From positions 6,571-70,570 of the forward strand of contig JAPKBZ010000002.1 in the NCBI GenBank assembly GCA_028823175.1: a DNA stretch of 64,000 bases. Direction: 5' to 3'. Source of the stretch: Myxococcota bacterium (GTDB taxonomy: Bacteria > Myxococcota_A > UBA9160 > UBA4427). The translations under genes were made by a program, and so were the position numbers. Every line of letters begins with the position of its first letter. Within the stretch, counting starts at the first letter, position 1. Of this stretch, positions 38,932 to 47,561 are shown one piece after another. The notes beneath the pieces were generated by a model that saw only the letters and a program-made list of their open reading frames with translations, did no database searches and was not told the origin of the DNA.

Positions 38932-40149
38932 CTACTCCCTGACTCCGGCCACCACCCCGGCCTCCCTGAGCCTGGCGATCTCTTCGGGAGCGTGTCCGAG
39001 CTCCGCCAGGATAGAGTCGCTGTCCGCCCCGTGGGCCGGAGCCATGTGGCGTTGTTCGCAGGGGCGGCCGCCAAAATCCACCGGGGTGGCGGGTAGCAGG
39101 GTCGTCCCCTCGCCATCGGGAACCTCGACGAAGCCCCCGGCCGCGTGAGCTTGGGGGTCCTGGAGCACCTCCTGAAGGGTCTGCACCGGCGCCCACCAGA
39201 GGTCTTCTTCGGCGTCAAAAACCGCGCCCCACTCCTCCCGGGTGCGGGTGGCAAAAATCGCATCCAGCATCACAATCAATTCGGGCGCATTGATTGCGCG
39301 GTCGGCCTCCTCCTTGAAGCGGGGATCCTCGATCCATTCGGGGTGGCCGGCCGCCCGGGCCAGGGCGGGCCAGTGCCGCGCCCCCTCCAGACCAACCAGC
39401 CAGAACCATCTACCCTCGCTGTCCTTGTAGTTGTTCATGACCGGGTTTCCCATAGTGGCGCGGTTTCCGAGTTGGACATCGACGCCGAAACGCAGGCTCA
39501 CCGACATATCGAAGCTCAGGGTATACATGCCCTCGCGCAACAGAGACGTCGCGACGAGTTGGCCCTCCCCGGTTCGCTCGCGCTCGAAAAGAGCCGCCGA
39601 AACCGCACCGGCGGCGGCGAGCCCCGTATTATGATCGCCCATCCCCCCGCGCTGGAAGGGCGGGGGCTGACCTTCCTGAATCAAGGAGGCCGCGATTCCT
39701 GCCCGGGACCAAAAGGCGGCGACGTCGTAGGCGGCGCGATCCGCATCGGGCCCCTCGAGGCCATACCCCGTGATCGAGGCGTAGATCAGCCGGGGGTTTC
39801 GCGCGCGCAGGGTGTCCGGGTCAAGACCCAAGCGCGCGAGGGAAGCAGGCCGCACGTTGCTGATGAAAACATCGGCGTCGTCGATGAGTTGGTAGGCGAG
39901 TGCCTGGCCCTGGGGGTCGGCGATGTTGATGACGATGCTTCGCTTGTTGCGATTGTCATTTTCGAAAATCGGGTTGAAGGGCATATCGGCACCCAGCAGC
40001 CGATCGAAAAGACGCGAGGGATCCCCCACCCCCGGCGGCTCGATCTTGATCACGTCGGCTCCCCAATCACCCAGGATGCAGCCTGCGGCAGGGCCCGCCA
40101 CCCAGACCCCCAACTCAACGACCTTTATTCCTACCAACGGGCCTGCCAT
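38932..40149 (-). CDS. family III (CaiB/BaiF) CoA-transferase
   Basis: VGIKVVELGVWVAGPAAGCILGDWGADVIKIEPP signature. AAYDVAAFWSRAG retains the conserved Asp. Confidence 0.9.
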   Translation of the reverse strand: MAGPLVGIKVVELGVWVAGPAAGCILGDWGADVIKIEPPGVGDPSRLFDRLLGADMPFNPIFENDNRNKRSIVINIADPQGQALAYQLIDDADVFISNVRPASLARLGLDPDTLRARNPRLIYASITGYGLEGPDADRAAYDVAAFWSRAGIAASLIQEGQPPPFQRGGMGDHNTGLAAAGAVSAALFERERTGEGQLVATSLLREGMYTLSFDMSVSLRFGVDVQLGNRATMGNPVMNNYKDSEGRWFWLVGLEGARHWPALARAAGHPEWIEDPRFKEEADRAINAPELIVMLDAIFATRTREEWGAVFDAEEDLWWAPVQTLQEVLQDPQAHAAGGFVEVPDGEGTTLLPATPVDFGGRPCEQRHMAPAHGADSDSILAELGHAPEEIARLREAGVVAGVRE

Positions 40150-40191
40150 CGCTTTCCCTCCCCAGTTTTCTTGATTGAAAGAACGTCGAAG

Positions 40192-41253
40192 CTAACGGGG
40201 GCGAACGAAATTCGCATCCGGCTCGATGCGGTCGATCAGACCCCAGGCAAGCGCCGTTTCGGCGTCGATTCGCTCGCCGCCCAGGGCCAGCCAGGCCGTG
40301 CGTTGACGACCGATCCGCCGGGGCAAGCTGACGGTTCCCCCGGCCCCGGGCACCAATCCCATAGCCAGTTCCGGAAGCTGGAAGAAGGCGCCGGGTGCCG
40401 CACTCACCCGGGAAACAAAGGCCGGCAACTCCGCCCCGGCCCCAATACACGCCCCGTGCACCCGCGCCTGGCAACGATTGGCGAGTCGGGCGAGGAGTCG
40501 GCCGGGATTCCGGATGCTTCGCACAGTGTGCGCCGTCGCGGGGTCGGGAAAGGTTCCGAATTCATCGAGGTCACCCCCGCTGCTGAAGGACTGGCCTGCC
40601 CCGGCCAGAACGACCTTCTCGATCTCTTCGTCCGAGACCGCGAGTTGCAAGCCCTCCACCAGACCGTCGCGCAGCGCCACGCCGAACGCGTTGTGGCGAG
40701 CCGGGCGGTTCAGGGTCAGGAACAACGTGGTGTCCACCCGCTCGATCCGAACCGCGGGCTCATCGGTCGTCTCGGGGGCGCCAGGAGAGCGGGTTTCGAG
40801 CCACTCGGTGAATTCCGGCCCGGCCTGAAGAGTCGAATAGACAAGGGACTCGGCAATTAGACCCTCGTGGATTCCCAGCTTGGCGTTGTGGCGGAGGAGT
40901 TGTACCAGGGCCAGGGCGGCCCGGGGCCGTGCGCGAATGCGGGCGAGTATCGGCTCAAGCCCAGCGGCGTCTCCGGGTAGCACCACATCGAAGGCCGGCA
41001 TCAGGGCGGCCGCCGCGGGGGAAGGATCCGCCGGGGCAAGAGCCACCGTGGGGCAGGCCAACTCGGCCAGGGCCTCGGCCGCGGCTTCGACCCGGGCCGG
41101 CGATGGCGCCTGCCGATCTTCGACCGGGAGATCCACCACCAACACCCCGTCCCCGGTCAGGGGCGCGAATTCCTCGAGTGCGTAGGGGGAGAGGAGACGA
41201 TCCAGCGCCTCGGGGAGCGAGAGGAAGCGGGGTTCCTCCGCGGCCCGAATCAC
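40192..41253 (-). CDS. enoyl-CoA hydratase/isomerase (crotonase) family protein with ~170-aa N-terminal extension
   Basis: Crotonase core LTLNRPARHNAF...AGAGQSFSSGGDL...GACIGAGAEL. Start proposed at GTG 41253, overlapping the upstream stop (GTGA). The track start at 41376 would overlap the ligase by 127 bp. Confidence 0.7.
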   Translation of the reverse strand: MIRAAEEPRFLSLPEALDRLLSPYALEEFAPLTGDGVLVVDLPVEDRQAPSPARVEAAAEALAELACPTVALAPADPSPAAAALMPAFDVVLPGDAAGLEPILARIRARPRAALALVQLLRHNAKLGIHEGLIAESLVYSTLQAGPEFTEWLETRSPGAPETTDEPAVRIERVDTTLFLTLNRPARHNAFGVALRDGLVEGLQLAVSDEEIEKVVLAGAGQSFSSGGDLDEFGTFPDPATAHTVRSIRNPGRLLARLANRCQARVHGACIGAGAELPAFVSRVSAAPGAFFQLPELAMGLVPGAGGTVSLPRRIGRQRTAWLALGGERIDAETALAWGLIDRIEPDANFVRPR

Positions 41254-42755
41254 CCGGCCATCAGCCGGGAGCGCACCGTCCGGCGCAGCAATTTCCCTGT
41301 TTCGTTGTACGGCAACTCCGGCCAGAAATCGAAGCTCTCGGGGGTTCGCGACGAGCGCAAGCGATCCTTCACCCACTGCTGGAGTTCGGCCTCAGAGGCC
41401 GAACGGTCTGGCTTGCAGACCACGGCAGCTACGACCTTCTCGCCCCATTGCTCGTCCGGGAGTCCCACGACTGCGGCATCGGCGATGGCTTCGTGTATGA
41501 GCAGGGCATCCTCGATCTCGCCGGGGGAAATATTTTCACCTCCGCGAACGATGATGTCGTCGATCCGCCCCTCGATGAACAGGTACCCCTCCTCATCCAG
41601 GGAGCCACCGTCCCGAGTGGGGAAAAATCCGTCTTCCTGGACCTGGCTTCCCTTCCCCAGGTATTCGCCGGAGACCTGTTCGCCCCGCACGTAGATCTCT
41701 CCGCGCTCATTGGCCCCGAGTGCATTGCCCTCACCGTCGCGAATTTCGACCTCGATGGCCGGCAGGGGCTGCCCCACCGAGACTAGGCGGCGACGCACCT
41801 TGGCATCGTCACTGGTGAGGGCGGCGCGATGATCCTCGGGACCGAGAATCGAAATCGTCGAGCTCGTTTCAGTCAACCCATAAGCGTTGGCGAAATTCGT
41901 TTCCGGGAAGAGTTTCAGTGCCCGCTCGATCACCGACTGGGGCATCTTGCCGCCGCCATACGAAAGAGCGCGCAGGTGCGGAAGATCGGCGCTTCCCTCG
42001 CCTTCGAGCAACTCGACGATCCGAGCCAGCATGGTCGGTACCACGAAGGCGTTGGTGACCTGCTCCTTGCGGGCCAACTCGAGCCAGGCCTCGGGCGTAA
42101 AATTCGGCAACTGAACGATGCGGCGGCCCGCATAGACCGAACTGGCGATCGCCGCCATCCCGGCAATATGGTACGGCGGGACACAGACCAGGGCGGCATC
42201 GTTTTCGTCGGCAGACATGAACTCCACCGACATCAAAATGTAGCTGACCAGATGCTTATGCCGGATCACCGCCGCCTTGGGCGGACCCGTCGTGCCACTG
42301 GTGAAGAGTAGGATCGCAATTTCATCGGGGTCCATGGACCACTCTGGTTCCAAGGACTCAGCACCCTCGCCACGAGCCCCGGCCAGGTAATCACCTCGCC
42401 CGATCACCTCGAGGCCCGAGCGACCGGCCAGGCTGTCCACCCGATCGGCGTCGGTGATGAGTTGCCCCGGCAGGACCTGCTCGACCAGTCGGTCGAGTTC
42501 GTCTCCCGTCAGGCGATAGTTGAGCGGGACGAAGGGCTTGCCCGCCCAAGCCGCGGCGAAGACCGCCACGGGGAGGGCCAAGCTGCTCGTATCGAGAATG
42601 GCGAGGTGGTCGACCTCGCTCGCCCGCAAGCCGGCCGCCGCCCGGCCCGAGGCCTCAAAGAGCTCGCTATAGGTCAAACGATCGTCGCCGCTCACCACGG
42701 CTACCCGGTCGCCCATCCCCTCGGCGGCCATCTCCAACAACATCATCAAATTCAT
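41250..42755 (-). CDS. AMP-dependent acyl-CoA synthetase/ligase
   Basis: LLFTSGTTGPPKAAV P-loop, YGLTETS, TRDGGSLDEEGYLFIEGRIDD, C-terminal GKLLRR. Confidence 0.9.
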   Translation of the reverse strand: MNLMMLLEMAAEGMGDRVAVVSGDDRLTYSELFEASGRAAAGLRASEVDHLAILDTSSLALPVAVFAAAWAGKPFVPLNYRLTGDELDRLVEQVLPGQLITDADRVDSLAGRSGLEVIGRGDYLAGARGEGAESLEPEWSMDPDEIAILLFTSGTTGPPKAAVIRHKHLVSYILMSVEFMSADENDAALVCVPPYHIAGMAAIASSVYAGRRIVQLPNFTPEAWLELARKEQVTNAFVVPTMLARIVELLEGEGSADLPHLRALSYGGGKMPQSVIERALKLFPETNFANAYGLTETSSTISILGPEDHRAALTSDDAKVRRRLVSVGQPLPAIEVEIRDGEGNALGANERGEIYVRGEQVSGEYLGKGSQVQEDGFFPTRDGGSLDEEGYLFIEGRIDDIIVRGGENISPGEIEDALLIHEAIADAAVVGLPDEQWGEKVVAAVVCKPDRSASEAELQQWVKDRLRSSRTPESFDFWPELPYNETGKLLRRTVRSRLMAG

Positions 42756-42784
42756 CGCAAATTCCCTGGATTAAGCTCCTCGGC

Positions 42785-43096
42785 CTAGTCGGACGAGGGG
42801 AGAGGCTTGGCGCCCTTGACGGTCAGCAGAGTGCCGCCCACGCCCAGCGACCCTTCGCCGGGCTTCGTGCACAGGATCTCGAGATCACCGGCTTCGTTTA
42901 CGTAGCGCTTTCCGATCTGGGTCCCCTCGCCAGCGCCTTCCGCGATGGAGCCTCCGTCGGGGGTATCGCCGCCCAACGCCCCCAACGGCGCTCCGCCGCA
43001 TGTCACTTCCACATCGTCCTTGGGCGCCGCGACCACCATCACCTCGGTGCTGCACACGCTGCTCTTCAAACGGGTACCGGCCTTGAGGACCGCCAT
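42785..43096 (-). CDS. small conserved-looking hypothetical protein (103 aa)
   Basis: Start reassigned to ATG 43096 behind an AGGGAGAG SD. MAVLKAGTRLKSSVCSTEVMVV...KPLPSSD. GC3-rich. It sits 29 nt upstream of the ligase gene on the same strand. Confidence 0.6.
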   Translation of the reverse strand: MAVLKAGTRLKSSVCSTEVMVVAAPKDDVEVTCGGAPLGALGGDTPDGGSIAEGAGEGTQIGKRYVNEAGDLEILCTKPGEGSLGVGGTLLTVKGAKPLPSSD

Positions 43097-43439
43097 AGTC
43101 TCTCCCTTTCGTCTTGCCCGGAAAAATCCGGGTCCTTCGCTCCCCCGGCTCCTGGCCGGGGTATCTCCTGGCTCGCGATCCGTGCGGCCTCTCCGCACTG
43201 ATCCCACTTCGGGACCTGCCCGCCGCTGGGTTAAGAGCAACGAGGCCAACGCCACCGAAAGCGCCACCGCATCGAGCGGGGTCGGGAAAATAGCCGCAAT
43301 GGGCGGCGGATGTTAGCCTTGTCTGTCCGGGTCCCGGAGTCCTTGCAGCCCGGCTGAAGTTCTGTCTCGGCAGGGCCCCGCCGGGCGAGCGAAACCCGAC
43401 GCCGTCGGTCCGGCGCCAGATCGTACCGGAGCCCAAAGC

Positions 43440-44840
43440 ATGCCCGCCCCCCTCACCCCCTCAGCCTCGGACTACGCCCGAGACCTGCTGGCCGACTGCG
43501 GAGTGGCCCCAGCGCCGCTGCCGGCAAGCTCGGAACTCGACCCCGGACTTTCTCCCGCCGCGGAGTGGGCTCGCTCGGGGGCCATGTGCCTGACGGGCCC
43601 CGCCGCCGGCCCGCCGGCATTGTCCCCGGGGCCTCTGGCCCTGGCCGCCCGGGGCGCGGCTCTCGCCCTGGCGGCCCTGGCCCCGGAGAGCCGCGAGCTC
43701 GCCGGCCTCGATGGCCCGGCCCTGCTCGGCGAACGGGCGGCTCGCATGAATCTCGCCCGCCGGGGACGAATCGCGCCGGGGGGCAGCTGCCGCCTACTGG
43801 CCGCCCGGGACGGCTGGCTGGCCGTCAACCTGCCGCGTCCGGATGATCGGGAACTGCTCCCGGCTTGGCTCGAAAGCAGCGCTCAGCCCGGGGAAGACCC
43901 GTGGGCGTTCGCCGAGCGGGTGCTGCCCGAGCGGACAACCGAGGCCTGGGTCAACCGGGGGCGCCTCTTGGGACTGGCCCTGGCCGCCCTGCCCGGCCAC
44001 GCGCCCCCCGCGAGCCCAGAGCCCTGGCTCCGAATCGGCCCCACCACACCCCGGGTTGGGCCGCCCTCGACCTCGCCCCGGGTACTCGATCTCTCCTCTC
44101 TCTGGGCCGGACCTCTGTGCGCCCAACTCCTCGCCGCAGCCGGCGCCGAAGTCATTAAGCTCGAAAGCCGGCAGCGCCCCGATGGGGCTCGGCGCGGCGA
44201 AGCCGGCTTCTACAGCCTCATGAACGCGGGCAAGCAAAGCGTCGCCCTCGACCTCGACTCGAGCCAGGGCATGGCCGATCTCCACCGACTTCTCGAGTGG
44301 GCTGAGATCGTGGTGGAGAGCGCTCGCCCCCGGGCCCTGGCACAACTCGGAATCACCGCCGAGGATCTGGTCGTCCGAGGTTCGGGTCGCGTCTGGCTCT
44401 CCATTACCGGGCACGGCCGCCAAGGCGAATGCGGCCACTGGGTGGGCTTCGGCGACGATGCCGCCGTGGCTGCGGGCGCGGCCATCCGGCACGGGGACGG
44501 CGCTCCCCCCTCGTTCTGCGGGGATGCCATCGCGGACCCCCTGACAGGCCTTCACGCCGCGGTCGCCTCTCTCGCCCACCACCGAACCGGGCGGGGGGCC
44601 CTGCTCGACGTCTCCCTCTCCGCGGTCACCCGGCATGCCCTGGAGACGCCCGCTCCCGAAAGGGGAGTGGACGTCGGCGCCAACGGCGAGGGCTGGCGAG
44701 TGCTCACCGCGACCGGGGTCGAGGCTGTGGCGCCGCCCCGGGCCCGGGCCAGCCGGGGGCCAGCTGCCGACCTCGGGGCCGATACCGCACGCCTTCTGGA
44801 CGCGCTGGCCCGCCAGACGCGGCCCGGCGACTGCCTATGA
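43440..44840 (+). CDS. family III CoA-transferase-like protein with atypical ~210-aa N-terminal region
   Basis: The CaiB signature starts only at about residue 213 (PRVLDLSSLWAGPLCAQLLAAAGAEVIKLESRQRPDG). GFGDDAAVAAG retains the Asp. Confidence 0.75.
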   Translation: MPAPLTPSASDYARDLLADCGVAPAPLPASSELDPGLSPAAEWARSGAMCLTGPAAGPPALSPGPLALAARGAALALAALAPESRELAGLDGPALLGERAARMNLARRGRIAPGGSCRLLAARDGWLAVNLPRPDDRELLPAWLESSAQPGEDPWAFAERVLPERTTEAWVNRGRLLGLALAALPGHAPPASPEPWLRIGPTTPRVGPPSTSPRVLDLSSLWAGPLCAQLLAAAGAEVIKLESRQRPDGARRGEAGFYSLMNAGKQSVALDLDSSQGMADLHRLLEWAEIVVESARPRALAQLGITAEDLVVRGSGRVWLSITGHGRQGECGHWVGFGDDAAVAAGAAIRHGDGAPPSFCGDAIADPLTGLHAAVASLAHHRTGRGALLDVSLSAVTRHALETPAPERGVDVGANGEGWRVLTATGVEAVAPPRARASRGPAADLGADTARLLDALARQTRPGDCL

Positions 44841-44862
44841 CCCCTCCTATGAGACCCCGCCC

Positions 44863-46371
44863 ATGACCCCTCCCAAGAACCCTCCCTCGACCCCGCCCAT
44901 GACCCCGCCCATGACCCCGCTCCTAATCGAGAACGCGGAGATCGATGGCGCCCGGGCGGCCCTGCGAATCCGAGAGGGCCGCATCGCCGACCTCGGCCCG
45001 AAACTCAGGCCCGAACCCGGCGAGGCGCGGCTGGACGCCCGGGACGGCGCCCTGCTGCCCGGCCTGCACGACCACCATATCCATCTGCTCGCCCTCGCCG
45101 CCGCCCGGGACTCGGTGGCCTGCGGCCCCCCCGCCGTCCGCAACGCATCCGAATTGGGGGCGGCTTTGGAAGAAGCCGCTTCCCAGGCTCGACACCGGGA
45201 GGGGAGCGCTCGCTGGGTGCGCGGCGTCGCTTACCACGAGAGCGTCGCCGGCCCCCTCGATCGGCGTCGCATCGATGCCCTGGTCGATGACGTCCCGATT
45301 CGCATCCAACACCGAAGCGGCGTCTTCTGGTTCGTCAATTCGAAGGGGCTCGCTGCCCTGAACCTCGCGAGCGATGGCCCCGAGAAAGCCAGCAGCGACC
45401 CGGACGCCGAAGACCGGGCCAACGGCCGTTTGCGCCGTGCCGACCCCTGGCTGCGCGAACGGATCGGATCGACCCGCCCGCCCGCCCTGGGCGAAGTGGG
45501 CGCCGAACTCGCTCGTCTCGGAGTCACGGGCGTCTGCGACGCCACCCCCAGCAACGGCCCGGAGGCCTGGGCGCTCCTGGCGGCGGCGAAGGCCTCGGGA
45601 GAATTGCCCCAGCGGCTGCGGGTGATGGGAGACCCGAGCTTGCCCCTGCGCCGGACAGCCTCGATGCAATGCGGGGAGCTGAAGATCATGCTCGACGAGG
45701 ACCACCTCCCCGAAGAGCACGCACTCGTCGAGAAGATTCAACGGGCCCACCGCGACCGGCGCGGCGTCGCTTTTCACTGCGTCACCCGAGCGGAAATCGT
45801 GATGGCGGCCGCTGCCCTCGAGAGCGCCGGGGGCGGGCCCGGCGACCGCATCGAGCACGCGAGCCTGGCGCCGCCCGACATCGTGGCCTGGCTGGCGAGG
45901 CTCGGGGTCACAGTGGTGACCCAACCGAATTTTTTGCTGGAAAGGGGGGACGTCTACCGCCGGGAGGTTCCCCGCCACGACCAACCCTGGCTCTACCGCG
46001 GCCAGGGTTTTATCGAGGCCCAAGTGCCCCTCGGCGGAGGGACCGATGCCCCCTTCGGCGTGTGCGATCCCTGGGCGGCCATGCGGGCCGCGGTCAGGCG
46101 CCGCTCGGCCGAAGGCGCCGGCATGCGGGTCGAGGAAGAGGCCTTGACCCCCGAGCAGGCCCTCGGCCTCTTCACGTCCTCTCTCGATTCACCGGGCCAG
46201 CCTCGCGGTCCCCTAGCAGTCGGACAACCCGCCGACCTCATACTCCTCGATCGTCCCTGGAGCCAAGCCCGGTTGCGCCTGGCCCCCGAGGACCTGAGCG
46301 CCGTGTGGATCGACGGCAAGCGGGTCTGGGAACGCGGCACGCCGGCTCCAGAGCCCCTCACTCCGTCCTGA
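44863..46371 (+). CDS. metal-dependent amidohydrolase family protein
   Basis: LLIENAEIDG...LPGLHDHHIHLL metal-binding HxH. Three in-frame ATGs (44863, 44899, 44911) lie inside a repeated ATGACCCC motif, so the true start is uncertain. Confidence 0.75.
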   Translation: MTPPKNPPSTPPMTPPMTPLLIENAEIDGARAALRIREGRIADLGPKLRPEPGEARLDARDGALLPGLHDHHIHLLALAAARDSVACGPPAVRNASELGAALEEAASQARHREGSARWVRGVAYHESVAGPLDRRRIDALVDDVPIRIQHRSGVFWFVNSKGLAALNLASDGPEKASSDPDAEDRANGRLRRADPWLRERIGSTRPPALGEVGAELARLGVTGVCDATPSNGPEAWALLAAAKASGELPQRLRVMGDPSLPLRRTASMQCGELKIMLDEDHLPEEHALVEKIQRAHRDRRGVAFHCVTRAEIVMAAAALESAGGGPGDRIEHASLAPPDIVAWLARLGVTVVTQPNFLLERGDVYRREVPRHDQPWLYRGQGFIEAQVPLGGGTDAPFGVCDPWAAMRAAVRRRSAEGAGMRVEEEALTPEQALGLFTSSLDSPGQPRGPLAVGQPADLILLDRPWSQARLRLAPEDLSAVWIDGKRVWERGTPAPEPLTPS

Positions 46372-46547
46372 GACATCAAATTGCCCCGAGGGGGCTCGGA
46401 TAGCGCAGGCCCCGGGGCGGCCCCTATACTCGCGCCGCGCGCGGGGGGGCGCGGCGCGCTCTCGTCCGAACCCACCCCGCCAACTATTCACGGACGAGTC
46501 GTGGGCCTCTTGGGCCATTTCCTCGGAGATCAGGAAGACCGGCCTCA

Positions 46548-47561
46548 TTGCCTATGCCCATGCCTGACAACACACAGATCCGAATAGCGGCCCTCGCCTT
46601 CGCTATGGCCGGCTTCTGGGCCCTTTGGGCGACGGGCTGCGGCGAGTCCCTGGCGGAGCCCGCCCCGACCCAGGCGACCTCGGCACCCGAACGCACGAGC
46701 CTGGTTTCCCTGGCTCGCCTGGAACCCTCGAGCCGGGTTGTGAATGTCGCGGCCGCCTCCAACGACGTCATCCAGCAGATCCTCGTCCAGGACGGGAGCC
46801 ACGTGCTCACCGACCAGGTATTGGTCCTGCTCGGAAGCTACTCGCTCCGCGCCGCCGAACTCGAAGCCGCGCGCATCGACCTGGAGCGCGCACGTCTCGA
46901 ACCCCTGGAGGTCGACGCCCAGCTCGCCCGGGTGCGTGCCATCGAAGCCGAACTCGCTTACGCCCTGGAGGAGGTCACGAGCCAGGAGGGGCTGAGCCGA
47001 AAAGGGTTCAGCGCGGGTAAGGAATTTCGGGATGCCCAGCTCCAGGTACGGAGGGCCGAAGAGCATCTCCACGAAGCCCGTGCCCTCCTGGAACGGAAAA
47101 CCGCCGACGTGGACCTCGTCCTCCGAGAAGCCCAGAACCAGGTCACCCAGGCCGAGGCGCGCATGGGAAGCACCATGATCAAGTCCCCCATCACGGGCCG
47201 CGTCCTGCGGATCCTGAGGAAGCAGGGCGAGCGCGTCGACATGAACCCGGTGTTGAGCATCGGGGACACCAACCACATGGTGGCCGTCGCCGAGGTCCAC
47301 GCCAACGAAATCCGATTGGTGGAAGTGGGGCAGCGGGCAACCTTCACGAGCCCTGCTTTGCCCAGTTCCCTGGAAGGAAATGTCTCTTCGGTCGGCGAAA
47401 TGATCTTCAGCAATAGCGTGACCGGCGAGGACCCGACCGCGCCCCGGGGATTGCGCATCGTCCAGGTACGGGTTCTCCTCGAAAAGAACGAGTTGGCCGA
47501 AAGGATGACCAACCTCGAGGGCCAGCTCCGTATTCACCTGGAGCCAGCCGAAGCGCCTTGA
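46548..47561 (+). CDS. HlyD/DevB-family ABC-exporter membrane fusion (periplasmic adaptor) lipoprotein
   Basis: Lipobox WATGC, VSLARLEP..., a coiled-coil segment and a beta-barrel domain. ATGs at 46554 and 46560 are alternative starts. Confidence 0.8.
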   Translation: MPMPMPDNTQIRIAALAFAMAGFWALWATGCGESLAEPAPTQATSAPERTSLVSLARLEPSSRVVNVAAASNDVIQQILVQDGSHVLTDQVLVLLGSYSLRAAELEAARIDLERARLEPLEVDAQLARVRAIEAELAYALEEVTSQEGLSRKGFSAGKEFRDAQLQVRRAEEHLHEARALLERKTADVDLVLREAQNQVTQAEARMGSTMIKSPITGRVLRILRKQGERVDMNPVLSIGDTNHMVAVAEVHANEIRLVEVGQRATFTSPALPSSLEGNVSSVGEMIFSNSVTGEDPTAPRGLRIVQVRVLLEKNELAERMTNLEGQLRIHLEPAEAP

